A stretch of 64,000 nt of DNA, taken from NCBI GenBank assembly GCA_019828565.1, contig JAHDYR010000005.1:1029342-1093341 (forward strand), written 5' to 3'. Shown here in pieces: positions 56,120 to 64,000 of the stretch. Position 1 is the stretch's first letter, and every line of letters begins with the position of its first letter. The notes under the pieces are model-generated. The model saw only the letters and a program-made list of their open reading frames with translations, was not told the origin of the DNA and ran no database searches. This stretch comes from Carpediemonas membranifera BICM. Its lineage: Eukaryota > Protista > Fornicata. Both the position numbers and the translations under genes were made by a program.

Positions 56120-59100
56120 CGTCGATCGCCGGCCGAAGTCGGAGCTCATCTGCCACGGTTGTGGCCTCACAGGTCATGTACGGCCCGAGTGCCCTCACCG
56201 GGATCACCCCGGCTTCTTCGCGCATGGCATCCGTCGCCAAGCGCTCAACCTCACTGCTAAGTTGGCCGCCCACACCAACAACAGCAGCCCTCATGTGAGC
56301 CTCCATTTCTCTGACCACGTCCCTCGCACCGCCTTGCTTGATACCGGTGCCAGCCTTAACTTCATCCCTCCAGCGCTTGCCGAGGAGATGCACCTGCGTC
56401 TCTTCGAGGCCCACGTCCCGCTCGAGACGGCCAACGGCACTATTACCGCGGAGTATACGACCCGTCCCGTGACTATCACACTGCAGCTCGAGCGCCCAGT
56501 GGAGGTCACGGCGGAGTTCTTCGTCCTCCCTTCCGCCGGAGAGCTAATCATCGGCGTGCCCACGATACGCGCCGTGGGTTTGTTGCCCGACCTGCTCGCC
56601 CCGCGCGCCGAGGCAGAGTTCGTTGAGGCCACCCCGGTGCCCCTGCCTGACGATCGTGCACCAGCCGAGATCGCTCATCCGCTGATCCAGGACTACCCGG
56701 ACCTGTTCGCTTCTGAACTGCCTGGTGTCATCGGTGTTGAGCCTTTCCACATTGACCTATCCGACACCGACGTCGCCCCGTTTCCACCGCGCCGTATGTC
56801 GCCCGCCCTAGCTGAGGCCGTCAAGGCAGAGGTAGATGGGCTCCTCGCCAGAGGCATTATCCAACCCTCGACCTCGCCTTTCGCCTCCCCCGCCTTCACA
56901 GTGCCGAAGCGCGGGGGCAAGCGTCGCATGGTAATTGACTACCGGCGCCTGAACGAGAAAACGGTCCCCCTGCAGTACCCGCTAAGCAACCCGGCTGAGC
57001 TGCATCGTAGGCTCGCCGGCCATAACTACTACACGACGATTGACCTGGTCAACGGATATCACCAGGTTCCGGTTGACCCGGCCTCCCGTCCTCTCACGGC
57101 ATTCGCGACGCCCGCTGGCCTGTTTGAGTTCTGCCGTCTCCCTTTCGGTCTACGTTGTGCCCCTGCCTTTTTCCAACGTATGATGATGTCTGTGCTCAAC
57201 GGACTCGTCGGTCGCATCTGTGAGGTATACCTAGACGACGTGATCATCCATGGGGACACCCAGGAAGAGCTGGATCGCAACACGCGCGCCGTATTCGACC
57301 GCCTCCAGCAACACCAGTTCCGTCTGGGTCGTGACAAGTGCCAGTTCGCGAAGACCGAGGTAGAGTACGTGGGACACCTCATCTCGAAGAAAGGCATCCG
57401 CACATCACCGGAGCGCGTCGCTGCTATCGTCGCGATGAAGCCCCCTTCGTCGGTCGCGGCGGTGCGCTCATTCACGGGTATGACTAACTACCTGCGGGAA
57501 TTTATTCCGAACTACGCATCGGTCCTGGCGCCCATCGTCGACCTCACCAAGGCAAAAGTGCCGTTCGTCTGGGGCAAAGCCCAACAGCAGGCCTTCGAGG
57601 AAGTGAAGCGCCTCATCATGCGCCGACCGATCCTCGCGTACCCCGACTACTCCCGGACGCTCATCGTGCGTACCGACGCCTCCACCGCCGGTTGCGGCGG
57701 TGTTCTCCTACAGGAGAAGGACGGTGAGGAACAAGTCATCGCCTACACCTCCCACCGTTTCACTGAGGCCGAGCAACGCTGGAGCACCATCGAACAGGAG
57801 CTCTTTGGCGTGTTCCATGCCATCATCAGCTTCGAGCATTTCATCCTAGGGCACCCCTTCGTTGTCGAGACGGACCATCGGAATTTGACCTATCTTGAGT
57901 CCACCACTACGCCTAAGCTCGTCCGCTGGCGCCTTCTCCTCTCCGAATACGACTTCACGGTCCGTCACATCGCCGGAGTCAACAACGAGGTGGCCGATTG
58001 CCTTTCCAGATGCCTGACGATTCGCTCACAGCGCGTGGCATCCCCGGTGGACATTACCGACCAGGTACGGCAGCTTTTGGCAAGTGCCACAACGCCCGTG
58101 TTGGACACATGGGCACCCGCATCACGACGGATCGGATCGCCGCCCAGCTACCTTCGTCTGCCCGCAAGGCGATCGAGAAACACGTCAAGCCCCTAGTCCG
58201 TACATGCCCGGTGTGCCAGCTCACGCGACAGCGCGCCAAGGTCAGTGTAGACCTCCCTCGCCAGCCCACAATGGCACCGTACCCCATGCACACCTGGGCC
58301 GTGGACTTTATTGGCCCGTTCCCGGAAGAACACGGTTTCCGTCACATCCTAGCCGCCGTTGACTGCTTCTCCCGGTTTGTGGAGCTAGTTCCCACGCCCG
58401 ATTGCACCGCGCAGTCAGCGGTCACGGCCATCATGCAACTGGTGGGCCGCTACGGATGCCCGGCACACATTCGCTCTGATCAGGGCCCCCACTTTACCGC
58501 CCACCTGTTTGCTCAGCTCTCGCGCATCCTGAACATTCAGCACGACTTCACGCTCCCGTACCATCACCAGTATAACGGCATCATCGAGCGCCGCAACAAG
58601 GAAGTGAACCGCCACCTCCGCGCCGCCATGAACGAGCTGACCGATGATTTAGCCGACTGGGTTGCCTGTCTCCCGCTTGTACAGCGCACTCTGAACTGCA
58701 CGCCGTGTGCAGCCACCGGCAACATACCCCCGGCCAACATCATGTTCGGTAACCTCACCGACACGGACCGAGTACTGCTACACAACCCGGTGGAGGGGGT
58801 GGGCGACGTCGCATTGTACTACGACAACCTGCTTGAGGCACAGAGACAGCTTGTCAAGGCCGTGCCAGTTCCTAAGCCACGTCCGGTCACCCAGACCACT
58901 TTCACTGTCGGCCAAGCTGTTGTGGTCACCAGGCCCGACAATGCCCGTGGCCCCTCTCGTCTGAGCCCCATCTATATGGGCCCCTACACCGTAGCCTCCC
59001 TCGACGGCACACTCGCCACCCTCACGAATCTTCGTACTCGTGCCGAGGAGACGTATGATCTCCGCCGCCTCGTTCCCTTCCTCGGCGACTACACCCCCGA

Positions 59101-59316
59101 CGACCTCACCGCCTTCGCTGCCGCCGGTGAGCAAGAATACACCGTCGAAGACATCATCGACCACCGCTCTGGTCGTACCAAGACCCGTTTCCGTTTCCGT
59201 GTCCGCTGGGCCGGCTACGGTCCCGATGACGACACCTGGCTTCCCTATGCCATGACCTCGAAGCCCTCGACCGGTACTTGTCGAAGACCGGCATTCAGCT
59301 GTAATAGAGAGGGTAG
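56120..59316 (+). CDS. Gypsy B gag 3' end and pol (PR, RT, RH, IN, chromodomain); frameshifts near 58076 and 59250
   Basis: LLDTGA, YLDD, TDAS, TDH, HHCC, VDF, SDQG, IER, YTVEDI..VRWAGY..DTW. Confidence 0.9.
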
Positions 59317-59439
59317 TGTGGTGAGGCGCAGTTTAAGGTTTTGGTTTTTGACCATTTTCACCACTGCGGTTTCCAGGAGTAAATCAGTTCTCATCCATTA
59401 ATTGGAAAGTTCCCGTCAAGGCCAAACCAAGCACACCTC

Positions 59440-62400
59440 GACCAACGCCTCAGAGCGCCTCTCGAGGGAGGAGCTCCGCGAGCGGGCGGACCTCTTGCTC
59501 ACCTACACCGCGTACTTCGAGCTGACACCCGCCCAGCGGGCCAACCCAGCCGCTCGCGCGGCGGCGATCCTGGAAAGGACCACGCTCACAGGTGGAGACA
59601 TCACCTCTATGCAGAAGATGTTCCTAGCTTTCGGCAAGCACTGTCGCCAGCTGAACCCCAAGTTCCCGACAGAAGAAAACGGTTACACGCCCCTCACCGA
59701 GAAGAGGCTGATATCCACGCTTTTCCGCGTGCTGACCCGCGGTTTTGACGTCACCGAAGCCGCCCTCGCCTTCGAGGATTTCGCCGACGGCGCCACCACC
59801 ATCGATGACGTCCAGCACCGCATCCTGGCTTTGCCAACTAACTCCGATGGGACGATCGTCACGCCTTGGTCCTTCTGCCAGAGGACCTCCGGTCCCATGG
59901 CAGGCGCCAAGGTCCCCGCTACACCGGGCAACGGCCGCAAGACCTGCCGCGTCCACGGTCCCGGCGGCCACTCTACTGAAGAGTGCCGGCTGCTGAAGCG
60001 CCAGAGTCAGGCTAACAGAGCCACACCGGCGGGCCGCCAACCTCAAGATCCCCGCCAGGGCCAGGCCTCTCAACGCACACCACACCAAGCCTCAGCCGCC
60101 CAGCAGAACCAGTCACGCCAGCCGCAGGCAGTTGGTCACCAACGACAGGCCGCTGGACAACCACAGCAGCCCCAGCAACCATCGACGTCGAAGGGTCCTT
60201 GGCAGTTCAGGCAGAACCCCAAGCAGGCCACACCATTCACACCGACACCCCCCAACAAGCCCCAACAAGGCAGCGTTCAGAACGTAGAGCATGCCGAGCA
60301 CGCTTACTCGCCGGGCCGGCTTCTCCGGATTCCAGTGACGATAGGTGACACGCTTATCTCAGCGACGGTCGACCCTGGCTCCGTAGTGTCCACCATCTCG
60401 CTGGACCTCGCCAACGCACTCGCCCAGTTTGGCAGGAGGGGCCCCGACATGGTCCAGCTGACGGGCCCTGACGACCAAGGTCTCCAGCAACACGGCACCT
60501 TCGAGACAACGCTGGTCGCGGACCGCTTGGGCGACCGCCGAACGATCATCGATTGGCCCCTGCACGTCATCAGCGGCAGGGCCGATAAGGTCCTCATCGG
60601 CTCGGATATATTGTGGTTCTTAGGCCTCATGTCCGACGAGGGCATCATGCTTCGCCTCCGCCCGCAAGTTCACGACGGCGAGGACGAAGGCCTCCCCGAC
60701 GACCAGACCGATGACTTCCACGCAGTCAACAACATCGTCAGCGACGACGCGGGCCCACTTGGCACACGCATCGCAAGCGACTTCCCGCTCAAAGCCGAGA
60801 TGGCTGATGTCATCCGCCGGCACGCACCGGTATTCGGCGAGCTGCACCCTGACGGCGCCCAGATCGCCGCCGCAACGATTGACATCGTGCCAGGCGCACC
60901 CCTACCCAACCATGCCCCTCGACCGCTCACGGCATCCACCGCCGAAAGAGTGCACGAGATTATCGACGACATGGACAGACAGGGCATCGTACGCGATTCC
61001 TACAGCCACGTGGCATCCGCAGCCGTCATCGTAGTGAAGAAGTCAAGCGAGTTACGACTTTGCGCCGACTACCGCGAGCTTAACTCGGTAACTACACCAG
61101 ACAGGTTCCCCCTCGCAGATATCCGCACCTTCACCAACGACTTCATCGGTGCCAAGTACTTCTTCGCTTGTGACCTCCGGTCAGGTTTTCATCAAATGCC
61201 AGTACGCGAAGACCACAAGTACCTCACCGCTATAACGCTGCCAGGCCGGTTCAAAGAGTACAACTTTGCACCCTTTGGTCTTCGTAACCTACCGTCACAG
61301 TTCCAGCGGGCCATCCAGGCAATCCTTGCCCCTGTGCGCGCCGACGGTACGAAGAACTACATCGACGACATCTTTGGTCGAGCCAAGACACCTCAGGAGC
61401 TTCTAGACCACGTCGACCGCCTACTCTGTATCGCAGAGGAACGCAACGTCCGCCTCCGCGGCGACAAGTGTGTCTTCGGGGCGACGTCTATCGAGATCCT
61501 CGGCGATATCGTCGATGGCAAGGGCCGCCGCATGAGCCCTACTCGTGTCAGATCCATGCAGGACCTCGCCGCACCTCACTCGGTCAAGGACCTACGCATG
61601 ATCATCGGTATGTTCACATACCTCAGTGACTATATCCCCGACTGCCAGACACGCCTCAAGCCGCTCCAGGCCTTGGTCAGCAAGGTCCCACCCTACACCT
61701 TCAACGACTGGGACGACACGCTTCAGGCTCTGTTTGATCAGCTCAAGCAGGCCGTGACAGACGAAGAGGTCCTCGCCCATCCGGACCAGAGCAGGCCCTG
61801 GCGCCTCGAGACCGACGCCTCTCTCGAAGGCATCGGCGGTGTCTTACTGCAGCTTGACTCGGACAACACATGGCGCGTCGTGTCATTCTTCTCAAAGGTC
61901 TTCAACGACACACAGTCGCGTTGGTGCACGTACGACCAGGAGCTGTTCGCGATCATCTACTGCCTCACTCGGCCTGACCTCTCGCCCATCTTTAGAGTCC
62001 ACCAGGACCTGACGATCTGGACGGACCACCGCAACTTGGTCTACCTGCACTCCAAGGCTGGCCAGGAAAACCGTAAGCACCTCCGCTGGCTGCTTATGAT
62101 CCAAGAGTTCGAGTTCGTCATCAGACACATCGCAGGCGCGCAGAACACACTGGCCGACGCACTCAGTCGATACAACCCGCAGGCCACAGTCACGCAGGTC
62201 AACAACGTCTCAGAGGCCGAGCTCGACGAAGACGCCAAGCGCAAGATCGTGCAAGAAGCTCACCGATACCACGAGGGCGAGCAGGCCACCATCAGGAACG
62301 TCCGCCAGCTTGGGCACGATTGGCCAGGCCTCCACTCCGACGTGCACGCAGTCGTGTCAACCTGCGTGTACTGCGCTAAGGCACGCCTCTCCGCTTTCAT

Positions 62401-63472
62401 TAAGACCACAACGCAGTCTTCTCTGCGCGACCGACCCTTCCAGACCATCGCTGTAGACACCATGGGTCCTTTCCCTGTCGACTCCGAGGGTTTCAGATAC
62501 ATCGTGGTGGCAACCGACATGTTTACCCGCTTCACGGAGCTCATCCCCACAGCTTCCAACAACGCGACGACGGTCGGGCTGGCACTTTGGTCCATCATCG
62601 GACGCTACGGTGTGCCTCGCGAGTTCCTTTCGGACAACGGCCCCGAGTACCGCAATCGGATGATAGAAGCTTTCCTTGATCGCTTGCAGGTCACGTACCA
62701 CCGGACAATCCCTTTCCACCCTCAGTCAAACGGCCTGGCCGAGAGACGCAACCAGGAAGTCAAGCGACACTTACGTGTGCTCTGTCTGATGTTTGACCGT
62801 TACGACGCCTGGGCCTCCGTGGTCCCATACGTCCAGTACATCCTGAACACTACGGTCCACTCCGTCACCGGCGTCGAACCCATTGCTCTCTTGATGGGCA
62901 AGCATGCCTCCGCTCGCGACTTCACGATCGCACCCAAGGAGGAGGGTAGAGTTCATACTCCCCTGGACGACATAGCCTCCTACATCGACGCGCTCACCGA
63001 GCACCTCCAGATCCTCGCCGACCAGGCCCTCAACCGCCAGCAGGCAATGACAAGGACCGCAGAGCCGACGCCCCCGATCGAGCCGGGCACTCTGGTCCTT
63101 CGTAAGAACGAGAGCCCCACGAAGCTACACGGCCACCGCGGCCCATTCCGCATCACAGCCGCCGACGGTTACGCAGCGGAGATCACGCCGCTCACTGGCG
63201 GCAAGAGCCGCCGGGTCCACCTGAGCCAGTTAATCCGCATCTGCCAAGGCCCCCTCAGCGACGCCGAACTGTTGCGCATCGCGGCTACCGACGACGAGGA
63301 GTATTACGTCGAGAAAGTCCTAGAGGTCGACGACGAGACTGGCGACCTCCTCATTAAGTGGCTCGGCTTCCCTGAGGCTAAGGCCACGTGGGAGGGTCCC
63401 AACTCTGACGCCGCCCGCACGTCCGTCGTGCGCCGTCACCTCGAGGAGAGGGGTAGTGTCCCAATCAATTGA
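59440..63472 (+). CDS. Gypsy A2 gag-pol, 3' part (single open frame)
   Basis: Near-identical to A1; uninterrupted from gag to chromodomain; stop codon inside the 3' LTR. Confidence 0.94.
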
Positions 63473-63571
63473 TTAAACCTCTTTCGCTAGCTGTTCTATC
63501 CATACCACAAGGGCCTTGAGGACGGCTTTCGTAAAGCCTTTCTCCGTCTCGGTGGCTGTCTGAAGAGGTCT

Positions 63572-64000
63572 TGTCGGTTGAAATCATTTACAGTAAACCG
63601 CAGCGGGGTAAAAGTGGTCAAAACTGGACGGAGCAGTTTATAGACCGGTGACACTACCTCCCTTTTTGATGAGAAAACCCCCAACCTGCAAGGAACGGGG
63701 GAAAAAGATGGTTAGTAGAGTTTCAGGTTCTTCCTCGCCTTACGGGCCAACCTCTTCATCTCCTCGAGGTGTTTCACTCCCGAGAGTGGTTCTTCCGTTA
63801 TGTTTTCGAATCCTACCCACTTGATGGCGGCTGTCCCTTCTTTCCAGTCTACCGATACTACTCGCTCTACCTCCCATTTTTTTCTGGTCGAAGCTTGCAA
63901 GTTGAAGCATCATCGTGTCCGTTACGGCATCCGTGTCGAACATCATGAGTTTTTCAATGTGGGTTGATCTGGTCGATCCGTCGAGTATCGACTGCAGGAC
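63572..64000 (-). mobile_element. Second gypsy C copy (3' LTR 63572-63653 and chromodomain end) inserted in DIRS-like copy 2
   Basis: Matches 17659 onward; predicted TSD GTCT (63568-63571), with the partner outside the window. Confidence 0.9.

Larger units (their letters stand above)
16922..59435 (+). mobile_element. Ty3/gypsy chromodomain element family B (~4.05 kb excluding insert), interrupted by gypsy C; TSD CCTC
   Basis: Identical 119-bp LTRs at 16922-17040 and 59317-59435; CCTC at 16918-16921 and 59436-59439; PPT AGAGAGGGTAG. Confidence 0.95.
16468..63509 (+). mobile_element. Gypsy family A copy 2, interrupted in gag by gypsy B; TSD AGGGC
   Basis: LTRs at 16468-16520 and 63457-63509; AGGGC at 16463-16467 and 63510-63514; internal sequence near-identical to A1. 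Confidence 0.95.
14501..63571 (-). mobile_element. DIRS-like copy 2, head-to-tail with copy 1; hosts the whole nest and continues beyond the window
   Basis: 14501-16467 is near-identical to 6456-8423; DIRS sequence resumes at 63510-63571 after gypsy A2. Confidence 0.9.

Noticed and set aside
59402-59439. Start of the 1356-aa ORF (MESSRQGQTKH)
   Set aside because: Chimeric read-in from the gypsy B LTR; the true gag start is at 16533.

Overview
Eukaryotic protist DNA with very short (28-34 nt) GT-AG introns, compatible with a metamonad/fornicate-like host (inference only). Bases 1-5.9 kb hold two host genes: a Dbp4/DDX10-like DEAD-box helicase and an unknown, probably myristoylated repeat protein. 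The rest is a seven-level nest of transposons, and every completed insertion resolves by a target-site duplication (TSD) that restores the interrupted reading frame. Order: tandem DIRS-like tyrosine-recombinase retroelements > chromodomain Ty3/gypsy family A (53-bp LTR) > gypsy B (119-bp LTR) > gypsy C (82-bp LTR) > ~8-kb APE-RT LINE > 11.3-kb CMC-like DNA transposon (50-bp TIR) > related 14.7-kb element (75-bp TIR). Three observations stand out. (1) The two large DNA transposons carry intron-containing chromatin-modifier cargo: 2 SET, GNAT, kinase, 2 OTU, chromodomain, PHD, plus caspase-like and HEPN-like proteins. (2) All three gypsy families have a perfect 12-14-bp palindrome where a tRNA primer-binding site should be. 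(3) The LINE ORF1 contains a Maelstrom-like DEDD/zinc domain. Most frameshifts fall in homopolymer runs and may be assembly errors. All domain calls come from motif recognition by eye, not database searches.
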